NCBI GenBank assembly: GCA_963745235.1 | Contig: CAVUXE010000015.1 | Location: 64,001 to 128,000, forward strand | Direction: 5' to 3' | Length of the DNA: 64,000 nt | Origin: an uncultured Spirochaetota bacterium | Lineage (GTDB): Bacteria > Spirochaetota > Spirochaetia > SZUA-6 > Fen-1364 | Shown here: one piece after another, positions 10,738-18,873 of the stretch | Numbering within the stretch: the first letter of the stretch is position 1 | Layout: the number at the start of each line of letters is the position of its first letter | The notes under the pieces: model-generated | What the model saw: only the letters and a program-made list of their open reading frames with translations | Databases searched by the model: none | Told to the model about the DNA's origin: nothing | Translations under genes and position numbers: made by a program

Positions 10738-11396
10738 AGAGGGTGAAGATTTCTCCGTCCCTGATGTGCGCGGATTTCATCTCCCTCGGGGCGGAGCTCG
10801 ACATCATGAGGGCGGGAGGGATCGACTACCTCCACATCGACATCATGGACGGCCGCTACGTGCCGAACTTCACGCTGGGCCCGGACTTCTGCAGGCGGCT
10901 TGCCGCCTACTCCCCCATTCCCCTGGACATCCACCTCATGATCGAGAACCCCGATGCCCACGTTCAGAAGTTCGCGCAGTTCCCCGGCGTCATCGTGTCC
11001 TTTCACCCGGAGACCTCACGCCACCCGCTGCGCACCATCGACCTCATCAGGAGCTTCGGAGCGCGGGCGGGGATAGCGGTGGACCCATCCATGCCGGCCT
11101 CCGCGGTGGCGGAGATGCTGCCGCACGTGAGCCTGGTGTGCGTCATGACAGTCAACCCGGGGTATGCCGGCCAGAAGCTCATACCGGAGACCCTCGGCAA
11201 GATCCGCCAGATTGCCGACATGGCGGCAGCCTTCGACCATCACATCGAAGTCGAGGTGGACGGAAACGTGAGCTGGGAGAACATCCCGCGCATGATCCAG
11301 GCAGGAGGAGAGGTCCTGGTGGCGGGGACCTCCTCGCTGTACGACGGAAAGGCCGGCCTGGCGCAGAACCTCGAGCGCATGCGCTCGCTGGGGTGA
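10734..11396 (+). CDS. rpe: Ribulose-phosphate 3-epimerase family protein
   Basis: SPSLMC, HIDIMDGRYVPN, DIHLM, MTVNPG, VDG; could be an allulose-6-P-type paralog. Confidence 0.85.
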   Translation: MKRVKISPSLMCADFISLGAELDIMRAGGIDYLHIDIMDGRYVPNFTLGPDFCRRLAAYSPIPLDIHLMIENPDAHVQKFAQFPGVIVSFHPETSRHPLRTIDLIRSFGARAGIAVDPSMPASAVAEMLPHVSLVCVMTVNPGYAGQKLIPETLGKIRQIADMAAAFDHHIEVEVDGNVSWENIPRMIQAGGEVLVAGTSSLYDGKAGLAQNLERMRSLG

Positions 11397-11399
11397 GTG

Positions 11400-11843
11400 A
11401 TGCTCTCCGCGGAGCGCCACGAGCCGATCCTGCGCCTCCTGCGCCGCGGCCGGTTCGCCACGGTAGCTGACATCTCCCAGGCCGCGAGATCTTTGGCCGC
11501 GACCATTCGACGGGACCTTGCGCGGCTGGAGCAGGCAGGGCTCATTCAACGGATCAGGGGAGGCGCGGAGATCGTCGTCGAGCCGGGCGAAGGCGGACCG
11601 GGGAAAGACGAGCTCCCGGGGGCGACCGACAATGACGCGCTCCTGATCAGGACCGAACGGGCAATGATCGACCGGGCGCGGGATCTCGTCGTCCTGGCGG
11701 ACTCCACCAAGTTCGACAGGCGCGGGAGCCTTTTCCTCTGCGGGTTTGACAGGATCCACTCCATCATCACGGATGACGGGATCAGCGAAGGCCACAAGGA
11801 GATGGTAGCATCGCGCGCAATACGCCTGCGTATCGCGAGCTAG
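11400..11843 (+). pseudogene. DeoR-family regulator with a large internal deletion
   Basis: HTH ATIRRDL...RGGA joined almost directly to the C-terminal LADSTKF...IITD; ~147 aa versus ~250 typical. Confidence 0.7.
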
Positions 11844-12268
11844 AGCCTTTCCACGATGACGGATTGCGCGGCGCCGTGCGTGCCCCGTTTGCCCCTGGTG
11901 ACTGCCGACAGCACGCCGAAAGAGCCGAGGAAAAAGACCACAGCCGCGCCGGCGCCGAGGGGCTGGGTGGCGCCCGGGATGCGCAGCAAGGCGGCAATCA
12001 AGGCCCCGGCTCCGTAGCCGCCAAAGAGAAAGGAGAGGGGCACAAGAAAGAGCAGGAGCGCCGCCGCAAGCGGAGTAGTCGCGCCCGAAGTTTCGATGCG
12101 AACCCTGTCTCCCGGGGAGACTCCCAGGTGATCCATGGCGCGGGCCACCATGTGCTCCCCGTCCTCCGAGAGAGTGCACAGCGTGCAGCCCTGGCATGCT
12201 TCGGACCGGTCAATCCGCACGCGCGCCATGCCTCCGGCGCAGTCCAGGACAGTCCCTCTTTCTTCCAT
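11840..12268 (-). CDS. RseC/MucC family membrane protein
   Basis: MEERGTV...ACQGCTLC...GDRVRI plus two TM helices. Confidence 0.85.
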   Translation of the reverse strand: MEERGTVLDCAGGMARVRIDRSEACQGCTLCTLSEDGEHMVARAMDHLGVSPGDRVRIETSGATTPLAAALLLFLVPLSFLFGGYGAGALIAALLRIPGATQPLGAGAAVVFFLGSFGVLSAVTRGKRGTHGAAQSVIVERL

Positions 12269-12790
12269 TCAGATCCTGGTCTCGTTCACCTTCGAATCCA
12301 GCATGGTGTCTCCGTCGAACACGAAAAAGCCGCAAAAGCCCTTCCCCTGGAGAAGCAGCGGCAGCCACAACGAGTCGTCGGCCCACATGCGGTCGTAGGG
12401 GATCCGGTCAAGCGGCGTCCAGATGGGCGCGGCTTCACGGGTCTCGCAGAGCTGCCCTTCGAAGCCGGACGCGGTGAATACGCTCCCGTGGAGGGAGTAG
12501 CCGTCGATGAACTGGAAGTACAACTCGCCCGCCGGGCGAACTCCGGTGGGCGTCACGCACAGCTCTTCCTGCACCTCGCGAACGGCCCCTTCGGCGGCGG
12601 TCTCACCAGACTCGATCCGGCCGCCCGGCCCGTTGATCTTCCCCGCGCCGAGCCCCGTCTTCTTGTTGATCAGGAGGATGTGTTTGTTCTGCAGGACAAA
12701 CAGCAACGTGGCCCGTTCCGTCGGGTTCCACTGTTGCCAATCGATCTCGCTCACCAGCCGCGGGACGCGACTTTCGGATTCCAGGCTCAT
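12269..12790 (-). CDS. NUDIX hydrolase, 8-oxo-dGTP diphosphatase (MTH1-like)
   Basis: KKTGLGAGKINGPGGRIESGET...REVQEEL, IPYDRMWADD. Confidence 0.9.
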   Translation of the reverse strand: MSLESESRVPRLVSEIDWQQWNPTERATLLFVLQNKHILLINKKTGLGAGKINGPGGRIESGETAAEGAVREVQEELCVTPTGVRPAGELYFQFIDGYSLHGSVFTASGFEGQLCETREAAPIWTPLDRIPYDRMWADDSLWLPLLLQGKGFCGFFVFDGDTMLDSKVNETRI

Positions 12791-12854
12791 CGCGCAAAGG
12801 TACAACGCACGGGAAGCATGAGCAATACGGCGATTTTTTGCCGAGCATTTTTTC

Positions 12855-12883
12855 TTGCATTCCCGAAACGACGGAAGTATAAT
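12855..12883 (+). promoter_or_regulatory. Near-consensus sigma70 promoter
   Basis: TTGCAT-17-TATAAT. Confidence 0.8.
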
Positions 12884-12889
12884 GCCCTC

Positions 12890-13010
12890 GATGAATCCCA
12901 TTCATCACTGAAGGGGATTGTGAGAAGCAGGGACCTCCCGACGGAGGATGATGGGCTCTCAAAGAGAGTCAGCCTGACAAGAGCCTCTCACATCCCCTTC
13001 CACTTCTGCG
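12890..13010 (+). ncRNA. Candidate structured RNA of unknown family
   Basis: Starts at the predicted TSS; nested complementary arms (see findings); no intact protein gene downstream. Confidence 0.5.
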
Positions 13011-13047
13011 GAATCGTGACTGTCGCAAACCGAAGCATGACAACTCC

Positions 13048-13240
13048 ATGACCGTGAAGGAGATCCAGACCAGGTCCATTCTTCGCCGGTTTCGAAGGAT
13101 AGACTCGTGGTTAATTGCGAAGGCCGGCATGACCCTCTATCGAGGGCGTTGCGCATATTGTGACGGCCGCGCGGAAAAGCGATGAAAACCAACGCCGTTG
13201 ACGTCCTGCGCCGCGAGCTGCGCCCCTACGCCCGGCACGC
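13048..13240 (+). pseudogene. Remnant of an SPL-like radical SAM gene
   Basis: MTVKEIQTRSILRRFRRIDSW...LYRG-RCAYCDGR* has lost the first Cys of CxxxCxxC; followed by out-of-frame KTNAVDVLRREL. Confidence 0.6.
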
Positions 13241-13364
13241 ACCCCGAGTGTTTCGTCCCCCCTGGACCCGGACCTCGTGGCCGGGCCGGCCGCCGCGCAC
13301 GTGAGGGAGATACTCAGCACGGGGACCTGCGGCCGTTACGAGAGCCTCATGCTGTCCCCTGCGG

Positions 13365-13850
13365 CTACTTGAAACCTGCTCCAATGGCCCTGAGGATCCC
13401 CGGTACGCTGCTGGGCGCGAAAATGCGCAGGCCAAGAAGGGCCTGGATAACCGCGCAGCTCGCCGCCGCCAGGAGGAACAGGCTTCGAAGCAGGGTATCT
13501 CTGAAGCCGCGATAGACGAGCTTCGAAAGAAAGAAAGACGCGGCGCCCGCTGCGCACGCGGCAGCACCCAGCGCCAGAAGCCGCCATGCCGAGGGCGCTC
13601 CCCACCGGTGGTACGCCTGCCAGCCCGTGACCAGCGCCACCAGAGCGGAGACGCCGACAGCAAATCCGGTCCTGACACCCTGGGCTCCGCGTGCCGCGCT
13701 CATGAGAATTGCCAGCACAACCAGGAGGTCGACGGACGGAGCCAGGAGCGATGCAAGGGGAGAAATTGCGGACAGGCCCGGGAGGTTGATGAGGATATCG
13801 AAAAGAACCATGCCGCCCAGGAGGGCGGGCACAAGGCGCGCTCCGTCCAC
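13365..13850 (-). CDS. Hypothetical membrane protein
   Basis: ~5 hydrophobic segments, GAGGAG SD, last gene of the KamA operon. Confidence 0.65.
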   Translation of the reverse strand: MDGARLVPALLGGMVLFDILINLPGLSAISPLASLLAPSVDLLVVLAILMSAARGAQGVRTGFAVGVSALVALVTGWQAYHRWGAPSAWRLLALGAAACAAGAASFFLSKLVYRGFRDTLLRSLFLLAAASCAVIQALLGLRIFAPSSVPGILRAIGAGFK

Positions 13851-13857
13851 GCGCTCC

Positions 13858-14346
13858 TCAGATCACCTTGAGATAGATGACCTTGGCGTCCCCGGGCGCG
13901 TAGAAGTCTTCCAGCACGGCAACGGAGGTGTAGCCGCGCGCCAGGTAGAAGCCGCGGGTGGGCTCGTAGAGAGGCCGCATGGAGGTCTCGATGTAGACGC
14001 GATTCCCGCCCAGCGCTGTGATGGCCCGCTCGCTCGCCTCCAGGAGCCGGGTGCCCATGCCCTTCCCGCGATAGTCTCCCGCGACCACGATCCAGTACAG
14101 GTCATAGCTCGTGCGGGTGCAGGCGATGGGACCGTAGCTCGTGTACCCGACAGTCCGTCCCTCCTCTTCGGCGAACAGGAAGTGGTAGCCGCAGCGCGGC
14201 CCTTTGATCAGCCTGTCCTCGATGAGCTCGACTGCGGTTTCGACCTCTTCCGGATAGAAAAAACCCGTAGACTCCGTGATTGAGCGGATCCTTTCCACGT
14301 CTGCTTTTTCCACGGTGCTGCGGATGGTGATCACCTGGGTGCCCAT
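13858..14346 (-). CDS. GNAT N-acetyltransferase
   Basis: YDLYWIVV...YRGKGMGTRLL, FY..RGY. Confidence 0.9.
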   Translation of the reverse strand: MGTQVITIRSTVEKADVERIRSITESTGFFYPEEVETAVELIEDRLIKGPRCGYHFLFAEEEGRTVGYTSYGPIACTRTSYDLYWIVVAGDYRGKGMGTRLLEASERAITALGGNRVYIETSMRPLYEPTRGFYLARGYTSVAVLEDFYAPGDAKVIYLKVI

Positions 14347-15359
14347 GTCTCTGGCTCCTTCTGCATTGCAGTATCAGCTATGATTCGTCGAACAACGTCG
14401 TTCCGTGACAGCCCCGCGCGACCGGCCGCGGCCATGAAACCGGCATCCGGTGAGAGGCAGGGGTTGGTGTTGATTTCAAGTACCCATGGCTTGCCCTCCG
14501 CGTCGACGCGGAAATCCACCCGGGCGTACCCGCGCAGGCCGAAGATCTCCCAGCACGCGAGGCTCAGGCGCTTCAGCGTGGCCAGGAGGGCAGCGTCATC
14601 CGGGGGGAAATCAAAAGAGCGCGGCGTGCTTCCGTATTCGAAAGAGCCCTCGTCCCACTTCGCGCGATAACCGACGAACATCGGCTTGCCCCGCGGGTAG
14701 CCGACGAACCGGATCTCGGCCGGGGGAAGGCCTTGGGGAAGGTCGCTGTCCTCCTGCCCGCCCAGCAGCGCGAGGTTGAACTCCCTGCCCTCCACGTAGC
14801 GCTCGACGAAGAGATGACCCTGGCGCTCCCGGGCTGACCGGCGTCGTATCTCCGCTTCCAGCTCCGCCCGGGAGAAGGCCACCGCGCTGTCCTCCATGCC
14901 GATGGACGCGTGCTCCCAGACTGACTTCACGATGAAAGGCGGCGCAAAGGACGGCCCCGCTCGCAGCGCCGCGCTGGCGGATATCCACGGCGGCGTGTCG
15001 ATGTCACCCGCAGCCAGCATCCTCTTGGCAAGAAGCTTGTGGGAAGTGAGGAGGATAGCCTCCGTGGGAGCGCCGGTATACGGGATCCCCAGGCTGTCGA
15101 GCAGGCTGGGAGCCAGGTGGATCAGGCTGCCCTTCCCGTCGATGGTCTCAGCAAGGTTGAAAACGAGCGACGGCTGCAGGGAGCGCAGCCTTTCAGACGC
15201 CGTGTCGAGGTCCAGCGTCAGCTGCACGTCTTCCGTCGCGTAGCCCAGCGTGTGGAGGGCGCTGCGGACCGTCTCCACCTGGACAAGGATATCTTTCTCG
15301 TCTTCCGGTGCGTCCGCCTCGACCTGCCCATACAGGAGAGCTATGGTTCGTTGGCCCAT
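14331..15359 (-). CDS. ATP-grasp ligase, D-Ala-D-Ala ligase-like (non-canonical)
   Basis: IVKSVWEHASIG, ERYVEGREF, YARVDFR, EINTNP; lacks the Ddl GGxSxE N-terminal motif. Confidence 0.85.
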   Translation of the reverse strand: MGQRTIALLYGQVEADAPEDEKDILVQVETVRSALHTLGYATEDVQLTLDLDTASERLRSLQPSLVFNLAETIDGKGSLIHLAPSLLDSLGIPYTGAPTEAILLTSHKLLAKRMLAAGDIDTPPWISASAALRAGPSFAPPFIVKSVWEHASIGMEDSAVAFSRAELEAEIRRRSARERQGHLFVERYVEGREFNLALLGGQEDSDLPQGLPPAEIRFVGYPRGKPMFVGYRAKWDEGSFEYGSTPRSFDFPPDDAALLATLKRLSLACWEIFGLRGYARVDFRVDAEGKPWVLEINTNPCLSPDAGFMAAAGRAGLSRNDVVRRIIADTAMQKEPETWAPR

Positions 15360-15373
15360 GAAAAGCTCTGCGT

Positions 15374-15401
15374 GCGCCGCGCCGTCGAGACGGCGCGGCG
15401 C
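15374..15401. repeat. Perfect intercistronic inverted repeat
   Basis: GCGCCGCGCCGTC-GA-GACGGCGCGGCGC. Confidence 0.8.
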
Positions 15402-15410
15402 GTTGTCTCC

Positions 15411-16718
15411 TTATCCACGAGACCCTTGCGGATCAGGATAGCGGAAATAGAGGTCCTGGTAGTTCTTCAGGACGAGGTCGTCACCGTCCCAGCCCACCGT
15501 GTAGTCCGGGAAGGAGAGGTATCTTCCCTCCCCCTGGGGAGCGTCGATCACGTAGGTCGGCACGGCGTAGCCCGAGGTGTGGCCTCGCAGGCCCTGGATG
15601 ATCTCCAGGCCCTTGCGAACCGGCGTCCGGAAGTGGGCCGACCCGACGATGGGGTCGCACTGGTAGAGGTAGTACGGCTTCACGCGCGCCTTCAGCAGGC
15701 CGTGCATCAGCCGCTTCATCGTCTCCACGGTATCGTTGATGCCCGAAAGCAGCACGGTCTGGCTCCCCAGGGGGATGCCGGCATCCGCAAGGCGCGCGCA
15801 CGCTTCTCGCGTTTCCTCGGTCAGCTCGTCCGGATGCGTGAAATGGATGCTCATCCAGAGCGGGTGGTAGCGCTTCAGCATCCGGGTGAGTGCAGAGCTG
15901 ATCCGCTGGGGCATCACGACGGGCGCCTTGGTGCCGATGCGCAGGAACTCCACGTGGGGGATTCGGCGCAGCCGGCGACAGGAGCCAGTCCAGCTTCTCA
16001 TCCGAGAGGGTCAGGGGGTCTCCGCCGGAGAGCAGGACGTCCCGCACCTCACGCATGCGCCTCGATGTAGGCGATGGCCTGCTCCCACTGGGCCTGGAAG
16101 AAGATGCTGTTGGTGTCCGGGTTCTCCACCATGCGCGAGCGCGTGCAGTAGCGGCAGTTGGACGCGCAGGAGTTGGCCACCAGGAACAGCACCCTGTCGG
16201 GGTAGCGGTGCACGATGCAGGGCACGGGGCTGTCCTTGTCCTCCCCCAGCGGGTCCTCCGCCTCTCCCGGGCGTGCGCAGGTATTCGTCCGTGACCGGGA
16301 ATCATGGTGCGCCGCAAGGGCTGGTTCGGGGTCATCCGGGTCCATCAGGCTGAGGTAGTACGGCGTGATGGCGAAGGGGAGAGACCCGTGTGCCGGCGCG
16401 ATTGCCGTCCGCTCGTCCTCCGTGAGCCGGACGATCTTCTCCAGCTCCTCGAGCGAGCGCACGCGGTTTCGCAGCTGCCAGCGCCAGTCGCACCATTCCG
16501 CGGCGGTGGCAAAGCGGGAAGAGCCGCGCGCGGAACTCCTCTGAGCGGCGGGAAACGGGAAACTTCGGCGATGGGTGAGGCGATTTCTTGATGGAGCGGG
16601 AATAGGACGTGAACGGCGGGATCGTAGTCCGGATGCCGGCAAGCTCGGCAAGCTCCTGGACTACGGGCATGGTACCTGGAGGTTCTGCCTCCTCAGTGCT
16701 GAGCACTTTGGTTTCCAT
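15411..16718 (-). CDS. kamA: KamA-family radical SAM/PLP 2,3-aminomutase (several frameshifts in this assembly)
   Basis: Stitched across frames: WxDWRWQL, ITPYY, HRYPDRVL, CASNCRYC, SGGDPL, SQTVLL, YLYQCD, GHTSG, GGGKIPL. Confidence 0.88.
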
Positions 16719-16860
16719 TTCTGTCAGAACTCCTTCATCATGTCATGCTGGAAAGGGTCTGCAGTCCCCCCTCCCCACAGTGTCGTTAGGCCAATGCATA
16801 CTACATCAAAAAAAGAATGCAAGAGTTCATAAACTTTTTTCCTTCTGATACACTGCCCGG

Positions 16861-18246
16861 GTGCCAGAGGACAAGGCCATACTCGTCGGAGTCGAGCTGA
16901 AGGGACGCAAAGGGGCGTGGACCATCCAGGATTCCCTGGACGAGCTCTCTCAGCTTGCGCGGACCGCCGGCCTGGCCGTGGTCGGGCGGACCTGGCAGAA
17001 GCTTGCCAGGCGTGATCCCTCGACATGGATCGGATCCGGCAAAGTGGAAGAGGTCGCGGCTCTCATGGCCGCGGAGGACGCCCGGTACGTCCTCTTCGAT
17101 GACGAGCTCTCCCCCGGGCAGCAGAGAAACCTGGAGGAGGCGCTGGGAGAGAACGCGCAGGTCATCGACCGCACGCGGCTCATCCTGGACATTTTCAGCC
17201 TCAACGCCCGCTCCCGGGAGGGGAAGATCCAGGTGGAGCTTGCCCAGTATCAGTACCTGCTGCCCCGGCTGGCCGGCATGCGCGGCGCCCTGGCACAGCA
17301 GGTCGGCGGCTCGGGGGCGGGCCCCGTGGGCTTGCGCGGTCCCGGCGAGACTCAGCTGGAGATGGACAGGCGGCAGGCCCGGCGGCGGATCACGGCGCTC
17401 CGTCGAGCGCTGGAGGAGGTCCGGACCCAGAGGCATCAGCACCGCAGGCAGCGGCTGCGAGCCGGCCTTCCTGTCATCGCCCTCGTGGGGTACACGAACG
17501 CGGGGAAAAGCTCGCTCCTGAACGCGCTGACCGGGGCCGGGGTCCTGGTCCAGGACAGGCTTTTCGCCACGCTGGACCCGACCACCCGCCGCCTGATGCT
17601 TCCGGAGGGCCGGGAGGCTCTCCTCACCGACACGGTCGGATTCATCCGCAAGCTTCCCCACGAGCTGGTTGCCGCTTTCCGCGCGACCCTGGAGGGCATC
17701 GAGGAGGCGTCCCTGATCCTGCATGTCGTGGACGGCTCTCATCCCCATGCCTCCGAGCAGGTCTCCGCGGTGCAGGCCGTGCTCGCCTCCCTGCACGTCG
17801 CCCACACGCCGCTTCTCATGATCTGGAACAAGATGGACCTGCTGCCGGACAGGAGCCTGCCCCAGCCTCACGGGACGGCCCACCAGGGCTCCCTGGCCAT
17901 AAGCGCAAAAACGGGTGAGAACATCCCGTCCCTTCTCCGGGAGGTAGAGCGCGTCCTGGCAGAAGGGCTGTCCGAGGTGCGCCTCCTCATCCCGTATGAC
18001 CGCTACGACCTCGTCACCCTTGTCTACGAGCAGGGAACGGTGAAGAAGAAGGAAGATGCGGCAGGAGGAGTGCGCCTCAGCGCCGCCGTGCCGCGGGAGC
18101 TCGGGGAAAAGCTCGCCCCCTTCTCAGAAAAAAAGCATCACGGAAGAGCCAAGAGTCAGGACCTGCATCGCGATGCTGAAGGCCTTCTGGGGCAGTCTTC
18201 GGGCGGCGATGATCCCGACGACGGTTCCGGCAAGGACGGCACCTGA
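16861..18246 (+). CDS. hflX: GTPase HflX
   Basis: GPGETQLE, GYTNAGKS, LFATLD, DTVGF, NKMD; the C-terminal ~40 aa overlapping the next gene are uncertain. Confidence 0.95.
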   Translation: MPEDKAILVGVELKGRKGAWTIQDSLDELSQLARTAGLAVVGRTWQKLARRDPSTWIGSGKVEEVAALMAAEDARYVLFDDELSPGQQRNLEEALGENAQVIDRTRLILDIFSLNARSREGKIQVELAQYQYLLPRLAGMRGALAQQVGGSGAGPVGLRGPGETQLEMDRRQARRRITALRRALEEVRTQRHQHRRQRLRAGLPVIALVGYTNAGKSSLLNALTGAGVLVQDRLFATLDPTTRRLMLPEGREALLTDTVGFIRKLPHELVAAFRATLEGIEEASLILHVVDGSHPHASEQVSAVQAVLASLHVAHTPLLMIWNKMDLLPDRSLPQPHGTAHQGSLAISAKTGENIPSLLREVERVLAEGLSEVRLLIPYDRYDLVTLVYEQGTVKKKEDAAGGVRLSAAVPRELGEKLAPFSEKKHHGRAKSQDLHRDAEGLLGQSSGGDDPDDGSGKDGT

Positions 18247-18873
18247 GAGAACGGCGTCGAACACGAGGGTCTGGGCGGTGATCAGCCCGAGGCTGACGCT
18301 GAAGGGCACCTTCACCAGGTTGACGGCGGCAAAGAACCAGGCTCCGGTCCCCAGGAACTCATCCTTGGGGAGGCGCATGGCCAGCAGGTACAGCATCATG
18401 ACCGGTCCGGCCGCATTCGCCAGCATGGTCGTGGCGCCGGCGAGCATCCCCATCAGCGCGGCAAACCACCAGGCGTTCGGAACTTCCGCGCGCCCGCGTG
18501 TTGCCAGGTCGCGCCACGCGCCGATGCCGAGCATGACGATGACCACCGCCCCGATCACGGGCCGCAATTGCCGGTCCTGGATCTTGCCCAGGGCGAAGAA
18601 GCCCACGACGATGCCGGCCACGGCCCAGGGAAAGAGCCGCAGGAGATGGCGCCAGACAGCGTGCCGGCGATACCAGGTGACCGCCACAACGTCCCCGACA
18701 ATCAGGAGGGGCAGGATCGCGCCGGTGGAGAGGCGCGCGGGCAGCACGAGGGCGAAGAGCGGCACAAAGATCGTGCTGAGGCCCGGTATTCCCGTCTTGC
18801 TGAGCCCGGCCGTGAAGGCGCTGATGGACGCAAGCGTCCACGCGCCGGGCGCGAGGGCATAGACGCCCGTCAC
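18124..18873 (-). CDS. TauE/SafE (TSUP) family transporter
   Basis: GLSKTGIPG, LLIVGD, MLANAAGP, NLVKVP; ~8 TM segments. Confidence 0.9.
   Translation of the reverse strand: MTGVYALAPGAWTLASISAFTAGLSKTGIPGLSTIFVPLFALVLPARLSTGAILPLLIVGDVVAVTWYRRHAVWRHLLRLFPWAVAGIVVGFFALGKIQDRQLRPVIGAVVIVMLGIGAWRDLATRGRAEVPNAWWFAALMGMLAGATTMLANAAGPVMMLYLLAMRLPKDEFLGTGAWFFAAVNLVKVPFSVSLGLITAQTLVFDAVLSGAVLAGTVVGIIAARRLPQKAFSIAMQVLTLGSSVMLFF

Noticed and set aside
12890-13010. SRP RNA, hammerhead ribozyme or c-di-GMP riboswitch
   Set aside because: The diagnostic cores (CAGG..GRAA..AGCAG; CUGAUGA..GAAA; paired GCAAA motifs) are not present in the required arrangement
14331-15359. Housekeeping ddl or van resistance ligase
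   Set aside because: Lacks the GGxSxE motif; no mur or van genes nearby
15411-16718. Programmed frameshifting or selenocysteine recoding in kamA
   Set aside because: Too many scattered shifts, neighbouring genes are affected too, and homology resumes in a different frame rather than through the TGA
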